Below are positions 1-10,218 of a stretch of DNA of 64,000 bases, one piece after another. Position numbers and translations under genes: made by a program. This DNA comes from Bacillota bacterium (lineage in GTDB: Bacteria > Bacillota > Clostridia > Peptostreptococcales > Anaerovoracaceae). The stretch is taken from contig JAAWDM010000050.1 in NCBI GenBank assembly GCA_022793795.1, forward strand, positions 476 through 64,475. Direction: 5' to 3'. The notes below the pieces were generated by a model that saw only the letters and a list, made by a program, of their open reading frames with translations, was not told the origin of the DNA and searched no databases. Each line of letters starts with the position of its first letter. The stretch's first letter is position 1.

Positions 1-3000
1 ATCAACAATGAGCCTATCAATATCTTCTCAAGGAGAATCCTCGGTTCTTTTAGTCCCAGCTTCTCTATACAATATGTCCTCAAATCGGCTTGGGAACCGA
101 TGGATGCCTGCATATGGAGTGGTACCGCTTCTATGGTTCTGCATCGTTTCCCCTTTTTCCCAGTATGCTCTACAATAAAGAAATAGGCCACAGTTGCTTT
201 GTTGTATCCTCCATAGTTTTCAATGGATGTCAATGGCCCGTGGCCTTTTTGAGACACTTGTCCCTTTCCCTTTTTCAGCACATTCAAGTCGAACAGAGCG
301 CCGCTGCCTTCTCTGGCCATTTTGGTAACCAGCACATTATTTTTGCCCATGGTTCTTTTCACCGTAGCCATAGCGCCATCCGTCCCATCGATAGTCGGCT
401 GCCAAGCCACAATACCGTTTCGCTCAATTTTAAACTTATACATGGCATTTAAGCTATATGGCGTGTCCGGCCCTTTTTCCCTAAAAAAATTCCGTGGGTT
501 AGCTGTAAACTTGCAATAAAATACATTACCTACCACGATATTCAAATAGGCGTCCTTGGCATGGTGGAAGTCGTTAAGCTCTCTGACCTTTATAAATTGA
601 TTTGCTATCACCCTTCCATCGCTCTCATCCTTTCTGTGACCTAGTTCAAAATCGTCCACGCCCTGTCGAAAGGCCGTTACATTCCTTGCCTTGGAATAGA
701 CCACATCGGTCTGCGGAAACATTTTGCAAAACATCCCTGCCACAGCCTTGGTACTCTGCTGGGTTTCCACCAACTGGCGGCTGACAAAGCCCACCTGCTC
801 TTCTAGGGTAAAGCCGGTTCTTCTTACCAGCCGTTCATACTTTGTCTTTGAAATGAAATCCTTCTTTTGCAGCATATTCCAAAATGGCGTCATATTATCC
901 TGAATTACCGGATCAAGGGGATACTTGTCCTTTTTGGCCGCATTCTCGTTCTTAAATACCAACACCCGATTGTCCAGACTATCATCCATCACCTTAGACT
1001 GGGGATAAATGTGGTCGATATCGCACTTTTCCAAGTCATCCAAATCGATAGTTTTGCCGGAATACATGGATTTTCCCAGCTGAATATAGTAAAGAAATAG
1101 CTTATCCCTTCTCAGTCTTTCCTCTGGCTCAAGCTGCAGAGACTCATATAGCTCCGGCTCCTCATTTTTACACGACTTATATAATTCCAGCAACTGGCCT
1201 TTTCTGCTTACCGTTCTCTTTTTCTCTACATTTTCCCCTCGGGCTACCTCTATGAATATTCTCTCAGGTTCCCGACCCAGAATTTTTACCAGTTCCTTCA
1301 CGATTAAAATCGTCTGCCAGACCGCACGTTTTACCGGTGCAGACAGATGCAAATCCTCTAAGTCATCGTAGGAAATATTCCGTTCATCCGTTGCTGCCTC
1401 GCCGTTATACGATTTAATCAGGCCGGCATATGGCTCTGAATTGGCCATCAATTCCATGAAATTGGGATTCCCCTCCCTGTGGTACATGGCGGACAAAATC
1501 GACACATACTCTCCTGTACTTTCCTCAACAGCACAGATTTCAGTCAACAGTTCCTTGGAGAAATTACCCCATTCGCTATACTTCTTTTTTAGAATCTTCT
1601 GGATTTGCATCTTATCAAGGATTCGTCCGTAACGACCTTCCACCTTATCCCGCAGCATCTTTTTGTCATTGCCAAAGAGCAGGATATATCGAATGATATC
1701 CTCAACCATGGCCTTTTCAGAATCCGAAAAGACATCTTTCCCAAGGATTTCCTTAAAATCAATATATGCGGTCAGAGAGCCCTTAAAGTCTCCATCGATT
1801 CCTGTAATAAGAATCTCATCCCCTTTCCCAAAGTATCCTTCCTCCTGCAGATAACGTCTAAGCCTGTTTTGTTTCACCTTCCTTTCCCGCATAAACAGGT
1901 CGGTAAAAATCCTCTGTTTTAGCCCTACTGAAATCTTTTCTCCATTGATTTTCAAGTTATTCAGTTCATTTAAAACCCTATAGCTGCTATAGTACAACGA
2001 ATCCTTTGGCAAAACGTCCTCACCCAACAAATATGTACACTTGTTGGTCATTCTTCTGATGAAACTCTCAGCGCTTTCTGCCCGGTCGATGATTTCATCA
2101 AAGTTCCACGGCCTTACAGGAATGCCATCCATCCCTTCTTTTCTCACCGCCCAGCAAAATTTCTGCCCCTTGTCTTTATGTGCATCATTTAATGGCCCCA
2201 CATAGTAAGGAATTCTAAATTCCATAATTCCAAGAATCTTTTTACTTACTGTGACGCCCCTCTCGTCCTTCTCCTGCAAGAAAGGCAGATAAGTAGATGC
2301 ATTCTCAAGGATTTTTTCCAGTTCCTTCCTGTGTATCTGAAACGGTATGACGCCGTTATCCTTTATCTTTTGCTTCTCCATGAAGGCGCCAGACTCAATT
2401 CGTGCCTTCAGTTTTCCATACTTTGTCTCATCAAAATTAGAAGCCGTCTTGAGCGCCTGTTTTTTCAAGAAATCACAAAACTCCTCCTGGGTGCAACGCT
2501 TCTCAATGATCCGCTTTTTTCCGCCTACCATGCAGCTGCCCACATAAGCGCTATAATTGGCCTTTTTTTCCTTTGGTACTCCAAAAACCTCCTTATAGGT
2601 TTCTCTCGGACAGCACTCCCTGATAAAAGATTTCAAACACTGCAAATCTGCCTTATGGGCCTCGTAGACAGCTACCTTGGCCTCAGAGATGGATTTCTTT
2701 CCTCCTAAAATACGCTGCAAAATCCCCCAATCATAAATGGCCTTTGCCTTTTCTATTAAAGCAAACCTGTCTGTTAAAATTGCCCGAAATTCCCCTTCAT
2801 GCTCATCATAAGAGGTTCCCTTAAGGGATATCTTTGGCAGTTCACAATCTGCCAGACTTTCATCCAGAAATAGAACCTTTAGTTCCACCGTTCCGCCGGA
2901 TAGTAGCTTCGCCAATTCTTCGACTGCCTTCTTTCCGTCCCTATCATCCTTATCAAAATCAAAGCGCTGCAGCAGTTCCTTCTTCTTTCCATTGACGCCC

Positions 3001-3632
3001 AACTGGTCATTGGATAAAATCTGCCCTGTCTTTTCCATATCAATACATTGGAATCTGATACCCAGCATCTCCTCCATTATACTGACCAGTTCCTCCATCA
3101 TTTCTGACAGGCTGATATCTGCCACATCCTGAAAGGTTCCCTCATACAGAAAATGACCTCTATGCTTGATGATGTGATGAATTGCCAGATATACCAGGCG
3201 AATATCATGGGGCTGACAACTATCCATCAGTTCCTTTCTCAAATGATATATGGTCGGATACTCCTCAAAAAAATCTTGATCCATATAATCCTCGTCATGA
3301 AAAAAGCTGTCGGTCTGATGTTGTCTTTTATCCTCTGAGAGAAGTCCGCTGTCCCTTAGCCGCATAAAAAAGCCAAAATCCTTTTTCGCCATTTCCTCGG
3401 AAAAAAGTTCCTGTAATAGTGCAATCCTTTCCTTCCGTCTCAGATTCCGCCTTCGGGCAGTTCGATGAAGCCTCCGTTCCTCTGCAGTCTCCGCCTCATC
3501 AAAAAGCCGAACGCCCCACATGGCCTTACCATTAAACTTCATCAGATTATAGTTCATATCCGTCACTGCCCATCCCACTGAAGAAGTTCCAATATCCAAT
3601 CCTAAAAAGTATTTTCCGAAAGTTTTTCTCAT
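1..3632 (-). CDS. cas9: Cas9 (type II CRISPR effector), N-terminal ~1210 aa; C-terminus lies beyond the left window edge
   Basis: Own translation of the minus strand from ATG at 3632 gives MRKTFGKYFLGLDIGTSSVGWAVTD (RuvC-I, Asp13). Further motifs: FRIPYYVGPL (2190-2219); IFIEVARGE (RuvC-II, 1233-1259); KLFLYYIQ...DIDHIYPQS..DDSLDNRVL (HNH, His codon 1011-1013); RQLVETQQSTK; DFHHAKDAYL (RuvC-III, 543-572). The track lists no minus-strand ORF for 1-3854, consistent with one frame open to the window edge. Confidence 0.93.
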   Translation of the reverse strand, partial: MRKTFGKYFLGLDIGTSSVGWAVTDMNYNLMKFNGKAMWGVRLFDEAETAEERRLHRTARRRNLRRKERIALLQELFSEEMAKKDFGFFMRLRDSGLLSEDKRQHQTDSFFHDEDYMDQDFFEEYPTIYHLRKELMDSCQPHDIRLVYLAIHHIIKHRGHFLYEGTFQDVADISLSEMMEELVSIMEEMLGIRFQCIDMEKTGQILSNDQLGVNGKKKELLQRFDFDKDDRDGKKAVEELAKLLSGGTVELKVLFLDESLADCELPKISLKGTSYDEHEGEFRAILTDRFALIEKAKAIYDWGILQRILGGKKSISEAKVAVYEAHKADLQCLKSFIRECCPRETYKEVFGVPKEKKANYSAYVGSCMVGGKKRIIEKRCTQEEFCDFLKKQALKTASNFDETKYGKLKARIESGAFMEKQKIKDNGVIPFQIHRKELEKILENASTYLPFLQEKDERGVTVSKKILGIMEFRIPYYVGPLNDAHKDKGQKFCWAVRKEGMDGIPVRPWNFDEIIDRAESAESFIRRMTNKCTYLLGEDVLPKDSLYYSSYRVLNELNNLKINGEKISVGLKQRIFTDLFMRERKVKQNRLRRYLQEEGYFGKGDEILITGIDGDFKGSLTAYIDFKEILGKDVFSDSEKAMVEDIIRYILLFGNDKKMLRDKVEGRYGRILDKMQIQKILKKKYSEWGNFSKELLTEICAVEESTGEYVSILSAMYHREGNPNFMELMANSEPYAGLIKSYNGEAATDERNISYDDLEDLHLSAPVKRAVWQTILIVKELVKILGREPERIFIEVARGENVEKKRTVSRKGQLLELYKSCKNEEPELYESLQLEPEERLRRDKLFLYYIQLGKSMYSGKTIDLDDLEKCDIDHIYPQSKVMDDSLDNRVLVFKNENAAKKDKYPLDPVIQDNMTPFWNMLQKKDFISKTKYERLVRRTGFTLEEQVGFVSRQLVETQQSTKAVAGMFCKMFPQTDVVYSKARNVTAFRQGVDDFELGHRKDESDGRVIANQFIKVRELNDFHHAKDAYLNIVVGNVFYCKFTANPRNFFREKGPDTPYSLNAMYKFKIERNGIVAWQPTIDGTDGAMATVKRTMGKNNVLVTKMAREGSGALFDLNVLKKGKGQVSQKGHGPLTSIENYGGYNKATVAYFFIVEHTGKKGKRCRTIEAVPLHMQASIGSQADLRTYCIEKLGLKEPRILLEKILIGSLL

Positions 3633-3636
3633 CTTA

Positions 3637-3665
3637 TTGACACCTTTCCTTTCCCGATATACAAT
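3637..3665 (+). promoter_or_regulatory. sigma-A type promoter for the tracrRNA candidate
   Basis: TTGACA (3637-3642), 17-nt spacer, TACAAT (3660-3665). It is divergent from cas9 and overlaps the cas9 RBS region. Confidence 0.5.
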
Positions 3666-3671
3666 AAGGAT

Positions 3672-3784
3672 GGTAGTTTTCTACCATACAAAATTACACT
3701 ACAAGTTCAAATAAAAATTTATTCAATCCGCCTTGATAGGCTCCACAGTGTGTGGCTAAAAACTCGCAATCTGCGAGTTTTTTT
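3672..3784 (+). ncRNA. tracrRNA: tracrRNA candidate (~113 nt)
   Basis: It contains CAAGTTCAAATAA, matching the S. pyogenes tracrRNA CAAGTTAAAATAA lower-stem/bulge segment. A small AT stem (AATAAAAATTTATT) and TCAATCCG follow. Next come hairpins GCCT-TGAT-AGGC and CCACA-GTG-TGTGG. The terminator is CTCGCA-ATC-TGCGAG plus T7 (3763-3784). It sits upstream of and divergent from cas9, as in type II-A loci. Confidence 0.7.
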
Positions 3785-3787
3785 ATG

Positions 3788-3834
3788 AAAAAAAGAATAT
3801 GGTACAATCTCCCAAGAACATTGTACCATATTCT
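3788..3834 (-). terminator. Rho-independent terminator of the alkyltransferase/SOS operon
   Basis: Perfect 15-bp stem AGAATATGGTACAAT (3794-3808) / ATTGTACCATATTCT (3820-3834) with an 11-nt loop. The A-run at 3788-3793 is a U-run on the minus strand. Confidence 0.7.
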
Positions 3835-3854
3835 TCCACTAAATTACAATCCTT

Positions 3855-4151
3855 TTAAATCTCCCACTGACACTGTCTTAAATCCACATGAAACTCATCC
3901 TTTAACGGCACCCCTTCACGAATAAGCAAAACGCCTTGCTCTCTCCAACCAGGAACCAGCCGTCCTGCATGGTTGACCACCCTATGACAAGGATATTCCC
4001 CATAATATTCAGCCATGGAAAGCGCCTTACCCACAAGGCGAGAGTTTTTCTCCCTGCCGATGAGCCTTGCAATCTGTCCATAGGTGGCCACACAGCCTTC
4101 CGGAATCTCTTCCACCACCGAAAGAATCTCGTAAATCAAATCCTCCTGCAA
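3855..4151 (-). CDS. Methylated-DNA-protein-cysteine methyltransferase DNA-binding-domain protein (MGMT/Ogt C-terminal domain, 98 aa)
   Basis: PCHRVV active-site motif and ATYGQIA helix; TTG start preceded by AGGAGGA. Confidence 0.75.
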   Translation of the reverse strand: MQEDLIYEILSVVEEIPEGCVATYGQIARLIGREKNSRLVGKALSMAEYYGEYPCHRVVNHAGRLVPGWREQGVLLIREGVPLKDEFHVDLRQCQWEI

Positions 4152-4162
4152 AACCTATCCTC

Positions 4163-4630
4163 CTATTCCATCCATTCCAAACCCTGACCCTCTATGGCGA
4201 TAATCTCTTCTATGGGAATTACCCTTTCGTCTTCCATTATAATAGCCCCTCTATAGCGGTCTATTTTCTTCACCATGCCATGGATGCTCACATAGGCCCC
4301 CCCTGTTTTCTTTTCATCGGGAATAAAATAAGTGAACGAGACCTCCTCTTTAGGACCCAGTCCCACATTCTCCATAGCATCCTCAATGAGCCGCAGTTTT
4401 TCATTGAGCAGTTCCTTCTCGCTTTCATCCAGCGCTTTCCGCTCCTGAGTGAGCCTTCTGGTTTCCGCCATCACCGCCTTATGGTCCGTCAAAGCCGCAA
4501 ATGGCGAAAACTGTGCCGCCCGATTATATAAACTCATCCGCGGGTGTTTTTTCGACGTAGGATGAGGCATGTCGATGATATCATCATAGCTGTGTATGTC
4601 CTTATTTCTCTGCAAAACATCTTTGCTCAT
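4163..4630 (-). CDS. YolD-like protein (accessory protein of Y-family polymerase operons)
   Basis: 155 aa lying directly downstream of a UvrX/UmuC-like polymerase. The layout matches B. subtilis yolD/yqjX: an N-terminal PFAAL-type segment and a C-terminal beta-rich part. RBS AAGGAGGG. Confidence 0.6.
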   Translation of the reverse strand: MSKDVLQRNKDIHSYDDIIDMPHPTSKKHPRMSLYNRAAQFSPFAALTDHKAVMAETRRLTQERKALDESEKELLNEKLRLIEDAMENVGLGPKEEVSFTYFIPDEKKTGGAYVSIHGMVKKIDRYRGAIIMEDERVIPIEEIIAIEGQGLEWME

Positions 4631-4680
4631 GATTTCTCACCCTCCTTTTTGTGGCGGTATGACTTTTCATGCCAAGAAGT

Positions 4681-6201
4681 CTACGCCTTATGGCCTCCAA
4701 TCTGGTTGTTTCGCTCTCTTGCGGTAGCGCCCTCTTCCAAACTCATTCCCTTGAGCACCGCATTTTTGCCGTACTTTTTCTTAATGGCCAATAGGGCTTT
4801 CTGCATTTCCCGTTCTTGGCAAAGAGCCTCCTCTTCCCTGGCATTTTCCTCCTTCAGCGCTTCATAATCGGTAAACAGATTGAGCTGCTCATAAGGTTCC
4901 TTTGGCGCCATCTCCGACTCCTTCACCACTCTGTTAGCCGTGATGTAAAGTCTTCGCACCAGCAAATCAGGATTTACAATCCGGTCATAAAGTTCCATAA
5001 CTGCTTTCATAATCTGCTCTGTAGAAGAGGTTGGTTTCTTCAAATTCGTTGTTCCATGGCCATGTTTAGGTACCTTTCTTCCATAATGGTCGGTGGTGAC
5101 AGGCCCTTTATAGGCACCCTTTCTTTTAGGGTCCGTCAAATTTTCCATGTCGTAGCCTACGTTCAGTACAATCTGGTCAGTTACCAGGCCCTTGTCCACC
5201 AAATCCAATACCAAGGCATCCGTCATCTCACCGACCACCAATTTGGCTTTTTCAAAGGAATAGGGCCCTAATAGCACCTGTCCCCCTCCCATGCTATTGG
5301 TTTCTGGTTTATATGCCTTAATCAACTCCATGGTGCAAGGCTCCCATCCCCAGGCATGGTCGATGAGAAGTTCTGCATTGACGCCAAACAGCTTATAGAG
5401 CAACTCCTCGTTATAGTATTCATGGGGCCCACCGACAGAACATTTTGCCACGTCACCCATGGTATAAAGTCCATGCTCTGCCAGCTTTTTTGCATAGCCC
5501 TTTCCCACACGCCAAAAATCAGTGATAGGCCTGTACTTCCAAAGAAATCTTCTGTATGCCATTTCATTCAATTCCGCGATTCGCACACCATTACCGTCCG
5601 GTACAGTATGTTTAGCCACAATGTCCATGGCCACTTTGCAAAGGTACAGATTGGTTCCGATTCCTGCCGTGGCTGTGATACCTGTAGTCCCCAGAATATC
5701 TTGGATGATGGTCATAGTAAGCTGCCGTGGAGTCATTTCATAAGTTTTCAGATAAGCGGTTACATCCATGAACACCTCGTCGATGGAGTATACGTGAATA
5801 TCCTCTGGAGCCACATATTTTAGATACACGTCATAAATCCTGGCGCTATATTCCATATAGAGGGCCATACGCGGTGTGGCTACGATATAATCCACAGCCA
5901 GCGCAGGATTTTCCTTTAATTCCGATTCCCTTACCGATGTTCCGTTAAGCCTATAACCAGGCGCCTTCCTCCGTCGCTCCTCGTTGATAGCCTTTACCTG
6001 CTGTACCACTTCAAAGAGACGAGGTCTGCCAGAAATCCCATAGGCCTTTAAGGCAGGGGATACCGCCAAACAGATGGTTTTCTCCGTTCTGCTTGCATCA
6101 GCCACCACCAGATTAGTTGTAAGGGGATCCAGCCCTCGCTCTCTGCACTCCACAGACGCATAAAAGGATTTAATATCGATTGCGATATAGGTTTTGTCCA
6201 T
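4681..6201 (-). CDS. Y-family (translesion) DNA polymerase, UvrX/UmuC/DinB-like
   Basis: N-terminus IAIDIKSFYASVECRERGLDP..LVVAD, the typical ImpB/MucB/SamB catalytic core; 506 aa. Confidence 0.85.
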   Translation of the reverse strand: MDKTYIAIDIKSFYASVECRERGLDPLTTNLVVADASRTEKTICLAVSPALKAYGISGRPRLFEVVQQVKAINEERRRKAPGYRLNGTSVRESELKENPALAVDYIVATPRMALYMEYSARIYDVYLKYVAPEDIHVYSIDEVFMDVTAYLKTYEMTPRQLTMTIIQDILGTTGITATAGIGTNLYLCKVAMDIVAKHTVPDGNGVRIAELNEMAYRRFLWKYRPITDFWRVGKGYAKKLAEHGLYTMGDVAKCSVGGPHEYYNEELLYKLFGVNAELLIDHAWGWEPCTMELIKAYKPETNSMGGGQVLLGPYSFEKAKLVVGEMTDALVLDLVDKGLVTDQIVLNVGYDMENLTDPKRKGAYKGPVTTDHYGRKVPKHGHGTTNLKKPTSSTEQIMKAVMELYDRIVNPDLLVRRLYITANRVVKESEMAPKEPYEQLNLFTDYEALKEENAREEEALCQEREMQKALLAIKKKYGKNAVLKGMSLEEGATARERNNQIGGHKA

Positions 6202-6206
6202 TACTC

Positions 6207-6560
6207 TTATTTCTTTTCTGAGCTTTTCGGCGTTTTAGGGGCTTTTGGCTTCTTAGGCTTTGGCATAGGTAGCTGTTTACAAGTCTCCCTTACCAGTTCT
6301 GTCAGCATCTGACGATCCTCTGTATCCTCTACTAGAAGATAGTTCTTGGCTCCCTGATAAGGCGGCGCCTCCTCCAGGGCCGGACAAAGAGTTTTTCCTG
6401 CTTCCGTGATTTTGATATACAGCTGATCGTCACAGATTACTGCAAATATTTTTCCATCGCAGTAAAGGCCATACTCCCCAAACATTTTCTTATAGGTAAT
6501 TTCTCCCGCCTCCCGCAGCTGATCGACAATAAACTCCACATATTCGATTCTTGATGCCAT
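6207..6560 (-). CDS. TfoX N-terminal domain protein
   Basis: KKMFGEYGLYCDGKIFAVICDDQLYIK motif typical of TfoX_N. The likely start is ATG at 6560 (RBS GGGAG), not the upstream GTG at 6635. Confidence 0.65.
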   Translation of the reverse strand: MASRIEYVEFIVDQLREAGEITYKKMFGEYGLYCDGKIFAVICDDQLYIKITEAGKTLCPALEEAPPYQGAKNYLLVEDTEDRQMLTELVRETCKQLPMPKPKKPKAPKTPKSSEKK

Positions 6561-6582
6561 TGTTCTTCTCCCTTTCATTTTG

Positions 6583-6596
6583 CGAACTTTTGTTCT
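6583..6596 (-). promoter_or_regulatory. LexA (Cheo/SOS) box
   Basis: CGAACTTTTGTTCT matches the Firmicute consensus CGAAC-N4-GTTC(G/T). It lies 4-17 nt downstream of the -10 hexamer of the operon promoter. Confidence 0.65.
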
Positions 6597-6599
6597 TTT

Positions 6600-6628
6600 A
6601 TCATACACTATCTCCCCAAACTTTTCAA
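6600..6628 (-). promoter_or_regulatory. sigma-A promoter of the tfoX-polY-yolD-alkyltransferase operon
   Basis: Minus-strand TTGAAA (6623-6628), 17-nt spacer, TATGAT (6600-6605). Confidence 0.55.
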
Positions 6629-6904
6629 GTACCACTTCCAGGATTATTTAGCTAGGCAATAGAGTAAATAAAAGTATCCAATGAAAGAGGCCGGACGGCA
6701 AATCATATTTAAAATCATATTTCTATAGTAAATAATAATTTAATAAGATATTATAATTTATAACTAATATCATATATAACAAAAATATAGATTATTCGTA
6801 TATTATTTATTACAAAGGATGTTTTGCAAAAGAACTAGCATTTGCTCCAGGCATATGCGGTTTTGACAAACAGCCTTTGGTAGTAAAAAAAGGATGTGTG
6901 TTAT

Positions 6905-7987
<1,083 letters not shown>

Positions 7988-8012
7988 CTGTTCGATGAAA
8001 AGAAAACCGCAT

Positions 8013-8043
8013 AAAACCGTGGGAATACGCTTTCCCACGGTTT
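8013..8043 (+). terminator. Rho-independent terminator of the collagen-like gene
   Basis: CCGTGGGAA (8017-8025) / TTCCCACGG (8032-8040), followed by TTT. Confidence 0.6.
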
Positions 8044-8054
8044 AGCGGTTTTCT

Positions 8055-8107
8055 TTACAAATAAACAGGACATCCCTCTGTCATATTCTGACAAATGGAT
8101 ATCCTGT
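8055..8107 (-). terminator. Probable lysS terminator
   Basis: ACAGGACATCC (8065-8075) / GGATATCCTGT (8097-8107) with one mismatch. The minus strand is T-rich after the stem. Confidence 0.4.
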
Positions 8108-8125
8108 AAATTAACTTCTAAAAAT

Positions 8126-9676
8126 TTATTTTTCCGTCGGCTTCATGGTCGGGAACAGGATAATATCCCTGATGCTCGGTGCATCGGTAATCAGCATGAT
8201 GACTCTGTCGATGCCCACGCCCAGACCTCCAGTTGGCGGCAGGCCTACTTCAATAGCATTGACAAAATCCATATCCATCGGATGCGCTTCATCGTCCAAA
8301 CCTGCATCCAACTGATGCTGCTGTTCTACGAAGCGCTCATACTGATCGATTGGGTCATTGAGTTCTGAGAAAGCGTTGGCAATTTCCCAACCATTGATGT
8401 ACGCCTCGAAACGACGGGTGATACGAGGGTCTTTCGGGTCCCTCTTGGAGAGCGGAGAAATTTCCACCGGATGACCGGTAACGAATACAGGCCCATCCAG
8501 ATAGCCTGGCACATCCTCGCAGAATTCCTCGAACATTTCTGCCAGAATCTTGCCGCGGCTCCAGCCCTTAACCTCATCCGGATCCATACCCTTAGCCAGC
8601 GCAGCCTCTCTCGCCTGCTCATCAGTATCGATTTTGCTAAAATCCACACCGGTGATTTCCTTTACTGCGTCAGCCATATCCAGTCGTCTCCAAGGAGGCG
8701 TAATATCAAAGTCCTTTCCCTGGTAAGTAATAATCGGAGTGCCGTTGACAGCCATAGCCGCCTTATAGACCAGCTGCTCTGTCACCTCCATGGTATTTTC
8801 CATGTTTCCATAGGCCATGTAGCATTCCATGGAAGTAAACTCTGGATTGTGGTTCCTGTCCATACCCTCGTTACGGAACATTTTTCCCATTTCATAGACT
8901 CTGTCTAAACCGCCTACAATGAGACGCTTTAAATAAAGTTCATTGGAAATACGCAGCTTCATATCGATATCCAAGGTGTTGTGGTGGGTGTTAAACGGTC
9001 TGGCATTGGCGCCGCCTGCAATGGTGGTCAAAATCGGTGTATCCACTTCCAGATAACCGAAATCCTCTTCCAGTACCCTCTTCATTTCCTTGATAATTCT
9101 GGAACGCTTTACAAACATATCTTTCACTTCTGGATTGACAATCAGGTCCACATATCTCTGACGATAACGCATGTCCTGATCCTTGAGGCCATGCCACTTA
9201 TCCGGCAGTACCTGAATAGATTTTGACAACAGCACTACACGGGAAACCTTGATGGAAACCTCACCATGCTTTGTCTTAAATACAGCGCCCTCTACGCCCA
9301 GAATATCGCCGATATCATAGGTCTTAAACCACTTATATTCCTCTTCACCGATGGCATCCTTTCTCACATAGCACTGAATTCTTCCCTGCTTGTCCTGAAT
9401 ATCGATGAAAGAAGCCTTACCCATGTCGCGGAAGGCCATGATTCTACCTGCACAGGATACCTCTTCCTCCTCCATGGCTTCAAAATTGTCCTTGATGTCC
9501 ATGCTGTGAGCAGTTACATTCCAGGTCTCGTTTAAAAACGGATTCCGCCCTGCTTCCTGCAGCGCTTTCAGCTTTTCGCGCCTGATTCTTCTTTGTTCGT
9601 TTAAGCTCTCTTCGCTTACCTCTGTCATTTCAGCTGCTTCCTCTGCAGTCTGATTTCTCATATCTTCTGTGCTCAT
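8126..9676 (-). CDS. lysS: Lysine--tRNA ligase, class II
   Basis: 516 aa. An OB-fold N-domain is followed by class II motifs (FRNEG, GGLGVGIDRVIML). Confidence 0.95.
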   Translation of the reverse strand: MSTEDMRNQTAEEAAEMTEVSEESLNEQRRIRREKLKALQEAGRNPFLNETWNVTAHSMDIKDNFEAMEEEEVSCAGRIMAFRDMGKASFIDIQDKQGRIQCYVRKDAIGEEEYKWFKTYDIGDILGVEGAVFKTKHGEVSIKVSRVVLLSKSIQVLPDKWHGLKDQDMRYRQRYVDLIVNPEVKDMFVKRSRIIKEMKRVLEEDFGYLEVDTPILTTIAGGANARPFNTHHNTLDIDMKLRISNELYLKRLIVGGLDRVYEMGKMFRNEGMDRNHNPEFTSMECYMAYGNMENTMEVTEQLVYKAAMAVNGTPIITYQGKDFDITPPWRRLDMADAVKEITGVDFSKIDTDEQAREAALAKGMDPDEVKGWSRGKILAEMFEEFCEDVPGYLDGPVFVTGHPVEISPLSKRDPKDPRITRRFEAYINGWEIANAFSELNDPIDQYERFVEQQHQLDAGLDDEAHPMDMDFVNAIEVGLPPTGGLGVGIDRVIMLITDAPSIRDIILFPTMKPTEK

Positions 9677-9744
9677 CTATTTTTCCTCTCTATCCGTGTT
9701 TTCGTATTACTTTATCTCAATATATTGACATTCTTTACTGCTTG

Positions 9745-10218
9745 CTACTTGCTGATTTCCATAATTTTGTATACAAGAACGCCATCCGGTACGACGATTT
9801 CCACAACCTCGCCGACTTTTTTGCCTAGCAAATGCTGGCCTACCAGAGATTCATTGGAAATTTTCCCTGCAAACGGATCCGCCTCTGTAGAGCCGACGAT
9901 AATAAACTCCATCTCCTCCTTGGAATCCACATCCTGTACCTTCACCTTCAGGCCTACGCTGACCTGATCCTTCGGCATCTCGTTTTCGTCAATGATCTTT
10001 GCCTTTCGGATCATGTTTTCCAGTTTGTTGATTCTCTCCTCCAGTTCCGCCTGTTCGTTCTTGGCCGAATCGTATTCAGAGTTTTCAGAAAGGTCTCCAT
10101 AAGAAATCGCCTCTTTCAGTCTTTCGGAAACTTCCTTTCTTTTTACAGAAACCAGTTCCTCATGTTCTGCGACGATTTTGTCGTACCCTTCTTGGGTTAA
10201 TAGAATTTCTTCTGCCAT
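9745..10218 (-). CDS. greA: Transcription elongation factor GreA
   Basis: MAEEILLTQEGYDKIVAEHEEL..; the classic greA-lysS pairing. ATG at 10218 follows AAGGAG. Confidence 0.9.
   Translation of the reverse strand: MAEEILLTQEGYDKIVAEHEELVSVKRKEVSERLKEAISYGDLSENSEYDSAKNEQAELEERINKLENMIRKAKIIDENEMPKDQVSVGLKVKVQDVDSKEEMEFIIVGSTEADPFAGKISNESLVGQHLLGKKVGEVVEIVVPDGVLVYKIMEISK

Noticed and set aside
9677-9744. T-box leader upstream of lysS
   Set aside because: The greA-lysS spacer is only ~70 nt and has no specifier or T-box sequence. lysS is evidently co-transcribed with greA.
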